A stretch of 64,000 bases of DNA from Camelus ferus (taxonomy: Eukaryota). Location: NCBI RefSeq assembly GCF_009834535.1, contig NC_045697.1, positions 108,874,001-108,938,000 on the forward strand, in the 5' to 3' direction. A model generated the notes under the pieces. It searched no databases, was not told where the DNA came from, and saw only the letters and a list, made by a program, of their open reading frames with translations. The position numbers and the translations under genes were made by a program. Shown here piece by piece: positions 22,671 through 36,240 of the stretch; within the stretch, counting starts at the first letter, position 1, and every line of letters begins with the position of its first letter.

Positions 22671-25600
22671 TATATTCTTAAATCATTTACTCTGAGCTTT
22701 TTCCCATTAAAAAAATTACCTGTGAATATTGAGGGGTTTATTTTATATAGTTTTGGGAATTTAGCCACAGAATTAAAGTTACTCTTTAATTCTCCTGGTT
22801 GGCTTCATTGCTAATATTCTGGAACTTAGCTAGCCAAGAATAAGGCCACAGTATGCTGATTAATTTAGGGTTTATTTACAGCTCATTTTCAAGGAGTAAT
22901 TTAATTTTGAGAGTCATAGCATTTTACTTCTCATTAGTTTTTCTGTAATACAATCTGAATAGGAAAATAAAAAGACTTTCCCAAACAGTTAATTTTGTTA
23001 CTTGGTTGGAAGTTGGTAATAATGATTAGGATGAGAATAGTTGAATATCTTTTAAGTTGATTTTTAAATTGTTTCTCATTATTACTTATAGTTGAGGATT
23101 AACTATATTTTGTCAAAGCTTTCTACTTTTGAATTATCTAGACTGATGTGTTTATCTTAATGAGCATCCTGAACTTAATTATCAGTATCTAAAAGGACTT
23201 ATGATTGTCTAGCAAAATAGCTTTTACAGATACCAGATAGTTATTGCCATAAGATAGCAGCATAATGTAAATGATTCTTTATCTTATTTCTTTTTATTTT
23301 ATTATTCTACATATGAAAGAAAATGTAATATACTTTGAGCGTATTTGTGGTAAACCACTTTCAGTTCAATATCATTTGCATTGACAGTAGGGGAAAAGAT
23401 TTTTTTCCCCATGTTAAGGAAACTACCATCATGAAGAAATATTTTAAGTTGTTTTGACTAAAATAGAAAACTAATGTATTTTGGGTATCATTTTTCAACT
23501 CGAAACATATGTAGCTATCTAATGTAGTCACTATATATTTTAACTAAATTTTTTTATTGTAAACAGTTCAGTTCAACTTGAAAATTAATATCGATTTATG
23601 AAATTAAAACAAATCTTACCATTCTCTCCTTGTTTATCCATCAGCGAGAAAAGATAGACATATTCCAGTAAATTCTATCTAGAGTGAAAGAAATAGAGCC
23701 ACTTTCTTTAGTCTTTAGCTTGGTAACCAGTCTCTGAAATAAGTAATATGCCAGACTAGAGAAACTAAGCAAGTTCAGATCAAAGCCAGCCCAGGTTTTG
23801 CTACCTTTTTGCCCTTAGTTTGCTGTATTTACCTCCCTAGCATTGTCCTTGAGTTCCACTCCTTGGTCCCATGTATCATAATTATTTATAGTACTTCTCC
23901 AACTTTTTTTTACTGAAATACCCCTGGAAAGAATAACTTTAGATGTTTCTTTGGAGACTCATATTTCATCATAAAAATTCAAGGAATTTCTTAGAAGGCT
24001 TATGTGTATTTTATTCAAGTGAATTTTGTTGTAGATACCATAATAACATACTTATTTTCATTAAAAAAAGTATAAATTCTCATTCCAGTATGATGTGCTG
24101 TGTTTATCCTGTTTATTTTCCTAATTGGTGCTACTATTTAATACAGAAGAGTAAATGATAACTCCTATTTCACAAGAAAGTTGGAGGCAGCAAAAATGAA
24201 CTGCCTTAACTTTCCTCCGTTTTCCGTTCCATTCTTCACTATGTCCATAGGTTTCTTCTTTCTTTCACTCTTCCTTTAGAGGAGATTTCCTTCTATATAA
24301 GGGTGGTTCCTCTGTCTTTGCTAGAATTCCTTACTGTTTTTAAAACCTTTCATTTGATCTAATTTTAGACATGCAAAAATAGTACAGTTTCCTTATATTT
24401 TTTACCCTACTTCCCCTAGTGATAACATCCTATATAACCATAATATAATTACCAAGAATAGGAAAGTATGTTGGTACAATATTATTACTAAACTACAGAC
24501 CTTATTAGAATTTCACCAAATTTTCAACTAACAGATCTTTTTCTGTTGCAAGACCCCATCTAGGAACCCACATTGAATTTAGTTATTTCTCCATAGTCTC
24601 TTTTTAATCTGTATTTTCCTCACACTTACCTTGTCTTTCATGACTATGACACTTTTTAAAGAGTACTGGTCATTTAATGTGTAGAAAGTTCTCAGTTGGG
24701 TTTGTCCAGTATTTTCTCATGATTGGGCTGAGTTTATGCATTTTTGGCAAGAATGCCACAAAAATGATGTGTGTCCTTCTCAGTGCGGTGTGTTAAGGAA
24801 TTACGCTGTTGATACATTTTACTACTGGTGATTACTTAGTCACTTGGTTAAGTTAGGTCTATGAGTTTCTTCACTGTCAGCTGTGTTTCTCCACGTACTA
24901 TCTTTCCCTTTTCAGTTAAGTACTTTGTGTAAGTCCTGTTTCGCCTCAAACTTTTGCCCTCTATTTTAGGATACATCAGTGAATCTTTCTGCAACATTTA
25001 CTACTATGATGTTTGCCAGATGGAGATTCTGTTTTTCTATTTCTTTTCTATGTTTGTTAATTGAGATTCTGTTGTGAGAAAGAATTGTCTCTCTACCCCA
25101 GTTATTTATTTGGTTAGTTATTTGTATCAGTATGGGCCCATTAATATTTGTTGTATTCTATGAGTTTAAATCCAGTACTATCATTATTGTTGCTGAAGAT
25201 GTCCTAGCATTGGCCATTAGGGGCACCTTCAGGTTAGGTCCTTTCTTCTTTTGACAAGCCCTTGTCTTTTTTTTTTTTTTTTTCCTTTAACTTTTTCTTA
25301 TTTTCTGACATAAATGTTCCAGGCTTATCTTGTATTTTCCTTGCCCCGTATTAGAATCAACCATTTTTCCTTAAAAGCTGTGGCTCCCTGGTGTTTAGAG
25401 ACCAAGATCGGAGCACCAGGTGTACTCATTATTCCCGGGTATCACTGCTTCTAGGCCCTCTCGGTGGGCAGAGCTAGGAACCTGTACATACGTGCATATG
25501 TATGTGCGCATGACAAACATATATATACGTGAATACTAACACACACGTATTAAACACCATGTGCTTGTACTAAATAACTCTGATTCAAATCCAATACCAC

Positions 25601-25758
25601 AGGATTTATTTAGCAGTTCTCCTTTTTTTTTTTTTAAACTTTTTTTCACAACAGTGAGGAACCAAGCTCTCAGTATCTACATTCCATTTACATATTTGTT
25701 CAGTTCTGTTACACACATAAAATAATTCCAAAATTAGTAACCCATAACTCTGTTTTTA

Positions 25759-25833
25759 CTAACTCTATTAACAGAATTTGTGTATAATTCTTTTGCTAAC
25801 TATATTAACAGAATTTGTGTATAATTCTTTTTG
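25759..25833 (+). repeat. 37-bp direct tandem duplication
   Basis: ctaactctattaacagaatttgtgtataattcttttg followed by ctaactatattaacagaatttgtgtataattctttttg. Confidence 0.9.
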
Positions 25834-25861
25834 TCTTCAGCCTTATGGTGTCTACTCAAGC

Positions 25862-25975
25862 AACTCCCTTCTCCTTCCTGTCCTTTCCCTCCCTTTCCCC
25901 TTCCTTCTCTCTCTCTCCTTCCCTTTCTCCCTTTGCCCTTCCTTCTCTTTCCCCTCCATTTCCCTTCCCTTTCCT
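25862..25975 (+). repeat. CT-rich polypyrimidine low-complexity tract
   Basis: Nearly pure C/T run. Confidence 0.8.
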
Positions 25976-28498
25976 GGCTTAATCATTTATAAAAACAGTT
26001 TCATTTATTGGTGATTTTATACCATTTGAATTCCTCTCAAATTCTGGTTGGTTTTAATAATTTTTTATGAAGTATATGTGAAAATTACTATGATTCTAAG
26101 AGTCAGAATTATTTAAAACTATATATTCATAGAATTGTCACTTCTTCCTTATTCTTGCTGCCTTGTTCCCTTTTCCTACTTTTTCCCACTCCTTTCCCAC
26201 CTGTCCCCTGAAGGTAACCCATCTCCTTAGTTTCTGGTTTATTATTCTTGTTTTTCTTTCGTTCCAATGAGTAGAAACATGTATTTTCACATATTCTCTT
26301 TGCTCTTCCATAGAGACAGCATACCTAAAGGTATTTTTGGACTTTGCTTTTTTCATTTATCATTATGTCTTGGAAATTACTCTATATCATAGAGATCTTC
26401 CTCATTTTTTTTAACAGTTGCACAGTACTCCATTGTTTGGATATATCATAGTTTATTAAGTCACTTTCCTATGTTTAGACGTTTTAACTGTTCCTAGTAC
26501 TGTACAATTATGAAGAATGCTGCAATGTGTATATATTTTTGTTTTATTGGAGATGTGTTCCCAGGATAGATTTCTAGAAATGGGATTGCTGGGTCCAAGG
26601 TAAGTGCACGTGTGATTTTGTGTTGGGCATTACTGAAGCTCCCTCCAGAATGGATGTACAAATTTGTATTCCCATCAGCAATCTGTGAGTGCCTGTTTCC
26701 TTACATCCTCAGTAACAGAATGATTTGTTATATTTTAAAATTTTTTGCCAGTCTAAAAGATGAGAAATGGTATCTCACTGTTGTATTAACTTGAATTTCT
26801 CTAATTATAAGTGAATTTGATCATTTTTTATATTTTGGAGGCCATTTTAATCTTTTTTTTGTGCATTGTCTGTTCATGTCTTTTTCCTGCTTTCTGTCTG
26901 ATTTTGGTCTTTTTTCCCTTTGTTTTTAAGCGTTCTTTATATATTAGGGATATTAACCTGTTGTAGCACATGTTATGAATATGTTATCCTAGTTTTTTAG
27001 TTTTCTTTTGTCTTTGTTTATAGTGTTTGTATTATATAATCTTTAAAACATTTTTATTAGTCAAATTTATCAATTTTTAAAATTTTCTCTGGATTCTTAC
27101 TCAGAATTAGAAAGGCTTTCCATACACCAAGTTTAAAGCATAATTCATCCAAGTTTTACTACTTTCTATGTTTTCATTTTTACATTTAGATTACTAATCC
27201 ATTTAGAGTTTATTCTTACGTGTTGTGGTGTGAGATATGGATCTAATTTTGTATTTTTCCAAATGGCTATCTAGTTTTTCTGGCACCATTTATTAAGAAG
27301 TCCATCTGTAATTAAGTGATTTGAGATGCCACCTTTGTTATATACTAAATTTTTGTATATATTTGGTCTAACTCTAGACTTTTATTCTGGTCTCTTTATT
27401 CATGTCTAGTACCTTAATGCTTATAGATACTTTACAGCATGTTTTAACATCTGACAAAGCTTAATCGCCTTATGATTTTCTTTTTCAGTGTTTTCCTGGC
27501 TATTCTTACATGTTTGATTTTTCCATATAAACTTTAGTATAACTTGTCTAACTGTATAAAATAGCTTGTTATATTCTTCCTATATTGCATTGAATTTATA
27601 AATTAACTAAGGGAGAAATGACATCTTTATAATGTCATCATAGCCAAGAACAGGATATGTCTTTTCATTTGCACAGTCTTTAGTGTCTCTCAGTTGAGTT
27701 TAAACATTGTTCTCATAGATTTTACACATTGTTCCCAGGTGTTTAATCTTCTTTGTTGTTATTGTAAATGGGATTTTCTCTGCCATTATGTCCTCTGATT
27801 GTTAATTTTTCAATAACAGTTCAAGAATTGTTGAATTTTATATATGAATTTTTGTATCCTGCTTTTTCACTGAATTCTTTTAACTTTTTAGTTAGTTTTA
27901 CCTTTGATTCTTTATAGTTTTTCAGGTATACTGTCATATCATCTGCAAATAGAGATAATTTTACCTGTTATTCTTCTAATTGACTTATCTACTTGGATTG
28001 GTTAAGACCTCTAGGTCAGTGTTGAATAGTAGCAGAGATGATGGATATCTTCTGCAGCAGAAATGCCTTTGTTATTTCTTTATTAAATAAGATAGATAAT
28101 GGTTGTAGGATTAAAGTATGTGTATTACATATTTTTGATCATGTTGAAGATGTCTCCCTTAATTCCTTTTTGCTTGAGTATTGAGTTATGAATAGGTGTT
28201 AAATCTCATTAAGGAATTTCTCAATGGCTATGTAGAAAACCATGCTTTTTCCCTTTAGATTTATGAATGCATTATATATTAATAGATTTCCTAATTGAAC
28301 AGCCTTTTATTCCTGGGATAACTTCCTTTGTTCATGTTGCATTATTTTCTTAATGTGGTATTAGATTCAATTTGTGAATAGTAAAATTGTTCCCTCCATT
28401 GTATTTCATGAGAAAAAATTTGTTTCGGTGCATTATTGTACCTAATATGGTGTCTGGTAATTATTTGTTTATCTGTCTCCCTGATCAGATTCAGAGTA

Positions 28499-28795
28499 CA
28501 GTCTCCCTAGGTGTCCACGGGGGATTGGTTCTAGTACTTCTACAGATAACAAAATCTGCAGATGCTCAAGTCCCTTATATAAAATAGTGTAGTACTTGCA
28601 TATAAGCTGTGCACATCCTCCTGTACACTTTAAATCATCTCTTTGTTGCTTGTAATACATAATACAGTGTGCATACTATGTAAATAGTTACTGGTGCACA
28701 GCAATTTCAAGTTTTGCTTTTTGGACTTCCTGGATTTTTTTTTTTTCAAATGTTTTCAATCTTCGTTTAGACCTGCGGATATGGAGGGCCAACTG
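28499..28795 (+). mobile_element. MER2/MER2B Tigger-family MITE
   Basis: TA|cagtctccctaggtgtcc ... gcggatatggagggccaactg|TA; gatgctcaagtcccttatataaaat signature. Confidence 0.85.
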
Positions 28796-29384
28796 TACTT
28801 TTATAACCTGAATTAGATTTTACTTTTCTTTCTCCTTAGTTCCTAGCAGAGTTCTTCATATGTAGTTGGCATTCTCTAAATGTTCTTGAATAAGTTAGAA
28901 GCAGAAATAGTTCATTAAGAGTTTTACTGAATGAAACCTGGGTGTAAGTGTTTCACTTTGGCAATGAGCAGTCACATCTGTTATCAGTACTACAGAGTAC
29001 TGGCGAGGGGAATGGAGGATGTCCAAGTCCTGTTCTGAGACTCTGGCTTTATGTAGGCCATGAATGACTAATATTTTGGCTTCAACACTCTAATCTTTTA
29101 AATTGTTTCATTATCCAAAATGATTTTATGAAATTATTTTTTAGTCATTGAGGTATGTATTTTTACATTCTGCATAAAAACTTTTCCTGAATTTTTGTTT
29201 GTTTTTAGAATTGCTTACCTGTTATAATCAGTAGATACTCATGATTATAGATAGTTTTGCAAAGCCTGTTCTGACTGCAAATAAGTGATTTATTTTGTGG
29301 AATATTTGTAAGAATGTCAGTGAGGTGATACAGTTCTTTTAACTAAATTATTTAATGTGTGGTTAACACATTTTACTTTTAGGT

Positions 29385-29462
29385 ATGTCTGACTACAGCA
29401 ATAATACTACAACTCTTGATACAACTAAACCAGCCACAGAAGAAGCCAAGTCTAATTCTGAG
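29385..29462 (+). CDS. ARFIP1: Candidate alternative upstream coding exon of ARFIP1 (exon 29383-29462; MSDYSNNTTTLDTTKPATEEAKSNSE)
   Basis: Branch-like TTAAC, ttttacttttag acceptor, ATG at exon position +3, and 26 open codons ending in phase 0 at GAG|GTGACT; in frame with GAG TCT ACC ATG of exon 2. Confidence 0.5.
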
Positions 29463-31819
29463 GTGACTGGGTGGTATTTATATTGTTTTTTAAAGTCAAG
29501 CCCATCTCAGTCAAACTTAGACCATCCAAATTGACGTGTTTGTCTAAACATGTGCCATTCTAAATAAACTCTTCAACACACATAGACACGGGAAAGGGGT
29601 GGGAGGAGAGAGAGAGCTTTCTTAATAATTAGAAGTTAGTTACCATTTGCCTCTAAAGTTTACCTGTCCCATAAAAATGAACATAAATGTTGGGGTCTAA
29701 CTATAGTTTTAAATTTACATTTGAAATAAAGTTCCTGTTGAAATAATATTAGTAGTAGGTTCACATTTGAGTTCATCTCCTTCCATATGCTCTCTCTAGT
29801 TAAGTAGGCATGAGAATCCAAGTGTAGAGTTTTAAAAAAAAAATACTGAGTTCTGGACTTCACTTAAAACTCACTAAATCTGAATCTGTTTCAGGTAGAC
29901 ACTGGGCTATGTGTGTTTTCTTTTTTCTTTTTGAAAGTTCTACAGGTGTTTCTAATACATGCCACCTAAAAACAGTTCTGGTTCATTAGAGAAGAAGATA
30001 TTAAGAAGTTAATTTTATATTGAATTCAAGTCATCAGATTTTTTTGGAATACCTAATCCTAATAACATCTATCAGATTTATGGTGCTTAAAGATTTACAG
30101 AGTAAATCTTACATATCGTCTCACCTTGATCCTTAGACAGATTTGATATAATTCAGTTAGGTAAGTAGAGCAACTGTTATTCCCCCCATTTATCTGTTGA
30201 ACATACTTAATTTTCAGAGAGGTAGGGACTGACTTTAAGTAACCTGCAAGGCTGGAGCACAACATGGATTCTTCTGACTCCAGTTGCCAGTATTCTGAAC
30301 CAGTTTGTCATCTGTGTATGTGGTACAGTGCTAGCCACAGTGTTCCATCATCAAGCCAAGACACTGAGTCTGTGAGACAAGCTTTAATGTAGGATTTAGA
30401 GCTGGAACTTACTTTTTGCCCAAAAGTCAAAGATGAGTTCTGGTTGGCAAAATATGTATTGTCTGTGGAGAACTCAGGATTCTTTTGTGATTTAAAATAG
30501 TTTGGCTGTTTCCCATTTGTCAAGGCAGTGTTGTATGTAGTTCTGAGAACCTAGAGAATTATGTATACTGTATTTGCCATAACTCATGGATTTGATTTTT
30601 TTATGATGAGATCTCTGAATCCATACTGTTGAGAGATGATCAGAGGATGTTTGATGCATGTGAACTACAGGAAGGATTGGGCAGTCCAGCCAATGATGGG
30701 ACTCCTAGTAATAAATGAAAGTATTCTCTTTGTGGTTTACCACTGTGAGTTTGATCTGTGTGATTGTCACTGCAATAGCTGCTAAACTAGAAATTTCCTG
30801 CTCAGTAGAGAGTTAAGCCTAGATGACAGTGATCTTAAAGAATCCACTGCCAGGTAATTGATTGTTCAGATTTGTGTGTAAATTAACATTAAAATTCATA
30901 GTAGGTGTTCCCTGTGTTTTTAGCCATGCTCAAATGTGCAGCATCCACCGGGAATACTGCAATTTTAAAAAAAAGACCAGGAATGTGAGTATAATCTGAA
31001 TTTATATGCAAATTTAAAAGTATTGTATGAGTTTATTTAGGAGCATTTTGTGACTTAAAAATTCCCCATTTATTAGTATTATACTAACTTAAATCTTCTT
31101 TTTTCTGTATCCTTGATGGAAACATTTTTGGGATCAGATTTGCTTATAAGAGTTCTTTTTTTAATATATTATAACTATGTATTATGGCCTTTAACTCTTA
31201 ATTAAATGTTCTATACATCAGACTTACCAGTAATTGAGACTAATCCTTCGAGGGCTTGGCTCATCACTGATGGTCAGTTTGATGAATGAATTCTCACTCT
31301 ACTAGTGTAAACGATATGTGGATATTGGTTTCTTAGGAATAGGATTTGATGATCTGAGTGATAGTTTTCATTTATTTAAAAGCAAACCAGAACAACAACA
31401 AAAACCTCCAGCACTTTGAACTGAATCAAAAACATTATCAACCTGAATATGAAGAGACTTAAAGTTCATTTAGGTTCTAATTGCCTTTGCTCATGAGCAC
31501 TCAACTGGTTAACTGTAGAACCCAGTTGATTTCCTCTCAGTCAAATGATGTTTTCATTAAGATGTCTGTCCCAATATTGACCATAAAAAATGCTTTCTTC
31601 TTCTCATGTTTTTTCTTCTTTAATGACAACAATTGTTTTTTTTTTCTTTTTGAATTAAAAAAAGAAGAAAGCATGAACTTGGCTTGCCTTGTACTCTGTT
31701 CTAGTCTTGATTAGAGCAGATAAAGATGGATTTTGTTTTTATATTTTTGATATTCAAACTTTATACCTTGAAATGTGTTTAAACTGCTGCTTCTGTATCT
31801 ATAGAAGAAATAATAGCCT

Positions 31820-32010
31820 AATAGGCACCATTCACTGAGAGCCTGTTAAGTGCCAGACACTGTGCTGGGTTTTACATATATTATCTCATTTAATATTATA
31901 ATAACCTGTTCATAGGTGAGGTTTTCTCCCTCATTTTATAGGTTAGGCAACAGAGACCTGGAAGAGTTAACATAGCTACTGAGGAACAGAGCTGTGATTT
32001 GAACCCAAAG
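31820..32010 (-). mobile_element. MIR SINE
   Basis: gtgccagacactgtgctggg...ttatctcatttaat...gatttgaaccca. Confidence 0.7.
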
Positions 32011-32369
32011 AAAAGTGGGAAAGATGGGTAAGGGTAGGCAACTTAATAGGAAGAAATTATTTAAAGATAGAAGCAAGGAAGTTGGGAAAACAAGTGTATT
32101 TTCAACAACAACAAAAAAGGAAAGGAAGTGAAGTAGTTGTGTTAGATGTTTATTAGTCTATCCTGGGATTATTGCATGAATTCTTTTCTGCCTTCCCTTC
32201 AATATAGTAACATTAATACTTATACTAATTTCTAATATCCAAGAAAAATATACAGATATTTGCATTTCTCTTTTATGTAAGTAACCCGGAGGGCTAAAAG
32301 TGAATAGTACAGATGTTTATTAATATAGGAAATTTTAAAATAAATAAATAAAATGTGGAATAATAATTC

Positions 32370-33060
32370 CTTTAGAGTGGTACAGGTGAAGAATTGTGGC
32401 AGTTCAGAGGAGTATCAGTAAAGGTGGCGTTTAAATTGAGCCTTACAGTGTGGGTAGAATTTGAGCTTGTGAATGATGATGGTCACTGCTTGGGCAAAGT
32501 CATAGAGAAAGGAAATTGAAAGATGTGTATGGGGAAGTATGAGTAATTAAATTTGATTTAATAGAGTATCTGAAGAGGCATAACTGATAGAAAGAAGGTA
32601 GTTCAGGTCATGGAAGGGTTTTGAGTGTCAGGAGGAGTTGGCTTTTGTGTTGTAAACATCTTGGGGAGGGAGACAGATGTGCTAAACATATACATAAGTT
32701 ATATAATACAATAATAATATATAATATCCTTACTGCTGTAAAGCAGGGTAAGGGGCTCAAGAGTGAAGAAGAGTGCTGATTTACAGCAGTTTCTCAGGGA
32801 AGGCTCTTCTTAGATGATGTTTGAGCAGAAACCTGAATGAGATGAGGGAGGGTCATGTGGAAATCTGGGAGTAAGAACCTTCCAGAGAGGAAACAGCAAG
32901 AGCAAAAATAAGATTGGCGTATTTGAGGAACAGTGGTGAGGGCTCTGGCTGGAACTGAGGGTCAGTGAGGAAAGAATGGGAGGATATATGGTTCCAGGGG
33001 GAGCTGGTGGCTTGCCCCAGAAACGAGAATGACAGGAAGGAGATGAGAAACTTGGGGGAT
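32370..33060 (-). mobile_element. L2 LINE fragments
   Basis: Purine-rich antisense L2: tttgagcagaaacctgaatga, ttccagagaggaaacagcaag. Confidence 0.6.
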
Positions 33061-35128
33061 CTGAAATGCAGTATTCAAGTAGCAAGTGGTTGAAAATATA
33101 AGACAAGTAGATATTAATACTAGTAGATTAAAACGTTTGTGTAGAAAAATTTGCAGCAGATGAAATAAAGGTTAAATAGTAAATAATTTCCCATATACTC
33201 ATTGTCCAGATTCAGTAATTATTTAGGCTTGACCACATTTGCTTTATCCATTCTTATATAATAGGTTTAAGGATTGTCTTCCTTTTAAAACCATGAAATT
33301 GCCAAGAGAGAAATAAAAAAAAAAAAAAGAACTTGGCAACAATAACATTTGTAACCATATTCAGCTCTGTCTTGATACTGGTCTGTTTTAGAGACGTGTG
33401 GTTAGGGTACCCATGGTGACAAAGTTCGGAGGAGTAGTTGTGCTGGTAAATACTAGTGTTGACAGGACTACTCCAACATTTGTCCTGTTGGTCCTGAATT
33501 ATAACATCTTTATATAGCATTTTCAGTTTTCCCAGCAATTTCACATTTGATTCTTCTAATTGCTGTGTAATATATAGGCAAGGTTAGTAATCTCATTTTA
33601 TAAATGAAGAAGTTGAAACTTAGCGAAGTACAGTGACTTTTATAAAGTTATAAAAAGGAGCAGTGCTGATCCTTAAATCTATGTCTCCCAATACCTTGGT
33701 TAGTTCTTCTGAGACCTCATGCATGGGCTTATTCACTTAATATGTTTGAACCATGATAAATTAACTTTGTCAGAAATACATTAACCATTTTTTAAAGGTT
33801 ATATTTTTACTAATAAAAAGGGAAACTTCAAAGACTGTGAATTATGAGTTTAATAGAAATGCTTTCTCTTTTTGTAGGCAAACAAAAATCTAAATAATTT
33901 CATCTGACACAGAAGGCATTTGTGCTTTTTGGTATTGAAACAAAATATGGTCTCTGTTGACATGCATAATTAGTTCACTGAGCACTGCGACCTTCATTGT
34001 CTGAAGCCATAACCAGAACAATTAGAGTTAAATATTTGTGGCTTCTCTTCTTTCTTTTCTTCTTTCACACTATTTGCTTTATTCACTGCTCTTTTGTCTA
34101 GGTTTGACTGAAATTAAGAATTCAGTCCTTTAAATTGGAAGAAAATGTAACTACTTGAAAGCAGAACAAAATACCTATTGAGTATATGCAGCCAATGAAT
34201 GAGCATTGAAAATATTTCACAGTGCTTTTTAATGAATTTTCAAAACTTAAAAAAATTTGGAAAAACTTTAAGCTTTTTATTATACCATTTTATTTTTGCC
34301 TACTCAGTCATAAATAGAATTAAAGAACAATGTTAAATGAGTGTGTTTTAGAAGATCTGATACCTTGTATTGTTGCAAAAGTCTGACTAAGCCTAAGACA
34401 AATTCTTTTACATCCTTTCTAGAAAGTTTCTATCTTGTTTCTAAGCATTTCAGAAATTAGATTTTACCGTTAATAATGTAACATTGATAACATCAAGAAA
34501 CTTACTTCCAATATGCCTTCTCTTGCATTATTAAGATAGATTTTTAGTCTTCGGGTGAATTTTTGTTAATGTTACATCTTTTATTTTGCATGAAGTATTT
34601 CCTATAAATGCTGATTGTCAGATGTAAAGTCTTTTATGATGCTAATGTCAAGGTATATTTTCAAGATTAGAAAAACAAGTAGTGCCAGAAAAAATTACAT
34701 GAGCTTTTTCCCTTTAGCTTTGGACTTGGGCAGCTACAGAAAAGGCTATAGACTCAGAGTTGAACTTGAAGAGGGAAGAGTTACTGTGCACCGTGAGCGT
34801 GAGGGTGAAGTGAGCAGACATTTGTCTGGCCGGAATAGAGAAAGTTAAGGGAGAATATTATGGTGTGGGAAGCAACTGGAGTAGATAGGGGTCAGACTGC
34901 CTGCAGTTTTATGAGCCACGTTATAGCTGTTGTAGTGTTGAGAAGGTTCCCTGGAGTGATGGATAGTGTCGAGTGGTTCACCAAAGGGACGGGTGGGGGA
35001 GGTATTCTCCCCCAGTGCAGTTGGTCTCATGCTTTGAAATGCGTTACATTCATGAATTAAAGTGAGTAAGCATTTAGACCCATCAGGCCTGCTAGTGTAA
35101 GAAGCAGTTTATAGCATCAGGTTATTTA

Positions 35129-35344
35129 CAGGGATTTTCAGCCTTGACATATTTGACTATATGATTTTTTATCATGGGGGATTATCCTGTGCATTGTAGG
35201 ACTTCTGGCAACATCCCTGGCCTGTACTGTACCTTCAAGATGCCAGTAGCACAGCACCCCACTATAACAACCAGAAATGTTTCTAGACATTGCTAAATGT
35301 TTGGGGGGATGGATGCTAAAATCAACCCCAGTTGAGGACCACTG
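35129..35344. mobile_element. MER20 (hAT-Charlie MITE)
   Basis: cctgtgcattgtagga...gatgccagtagca...agacattgctaaatg...gttgaggaccactg. Confidence 0.8.
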
Positions 35345-36019
35345 AGTTACCAGGATCAATAATAACACATGTGGCTGATAGCACTTGCAATAACAAGCTT
35401 GTTTGATAGCTTCATGGTTTCCTAATCTAAGACCCCAATAATAACTAAAAAACTGACCTTTATTAATGCCTTCTACATGCCAGGCACTGTGCTAATAACA
35501 GTCTGAAAAGTTTCTAGACTATTTCATATTTATCACTTGATATTCAAAAGCAATCACAAAGATATTATAAGACCTTTTCCCATTTACCCACTTCTTGCAG
35601 GTCTGCTGTCAGGGTCTTACATTGGAAGCAAATGAAACAACTTCAGCTCCTTACACAGAAAAGACATTTACTAAGAGGATATGAGGTAGCTTACAGGAAG
35701 GTTGGGAAACCAGAATCCAGGCTACGTATCTAGGAGGATGCCCTCAAATCATGGTCCAGCACTATTTGGGATGCTGTGCTGCCGTTGCTTAGCACCAGAT
35801 GTAGCAGCTCACACTGCCGGTGCTCTGGTGACTGGATGCTGCCCCTGGTGCTGTGGCCATTGCTGAAGGCATTTGACCTAACTGCAGTTATCGCTGCCCC
35901 AGAGTGAGTTCCTTGTCATTCCTCTTGTTAGCACTAGTTTCTGATTCCAGGTCTGGGGCAAGTGCCTCTGATTTGGTGGAGGGTAAGTCATATGGCAGTG
36001 TCTCCAGAGCTCAGGAAAC

Positions 36020-36240
36020 AAATAATGGTGACATAACCTGTATAGCACTCACTATATGCCAGGTACTTTTCTGAGTACTTTAAATGTATTTTGTCCTCAC
36101 AACAGTGTTACAAGGTTGGTACTATTATCATTTTACTGACAAGGAAAGAGAATTTTAGGATCTTGCTTAAGTTTACATGGCTAGTATATGGAGGAGCCAG
36201 GGATTGAACCCAGGTAATCTGGCTCCAGATATTTGCTTGA
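36020..36240 (-). mobile_element. MIR SINE
   Basis: cactcactatatgccagg...tcctcacaac...ggattgaacccagg. Confidence 0.7.

Larger units (their letters stand above)
24340..28400 (-). mobile_element. Old L1M (L1MC-like) 3'UTR + decayed ORF2
   Basis: T-rich antisense L1 sequence, e.g. gtatactgtcatatcatctgcaaatagagataatttt (RT region) and gggattgctgggtccaagg. Confidence 0.75.

Noticed and set aside
33860..34110. Strong acceptor-like sites at ~33877 and ~34101
   Set aside because: No convincing paired donor or open in-frame exon was found; such sites are common in T-rich introns.
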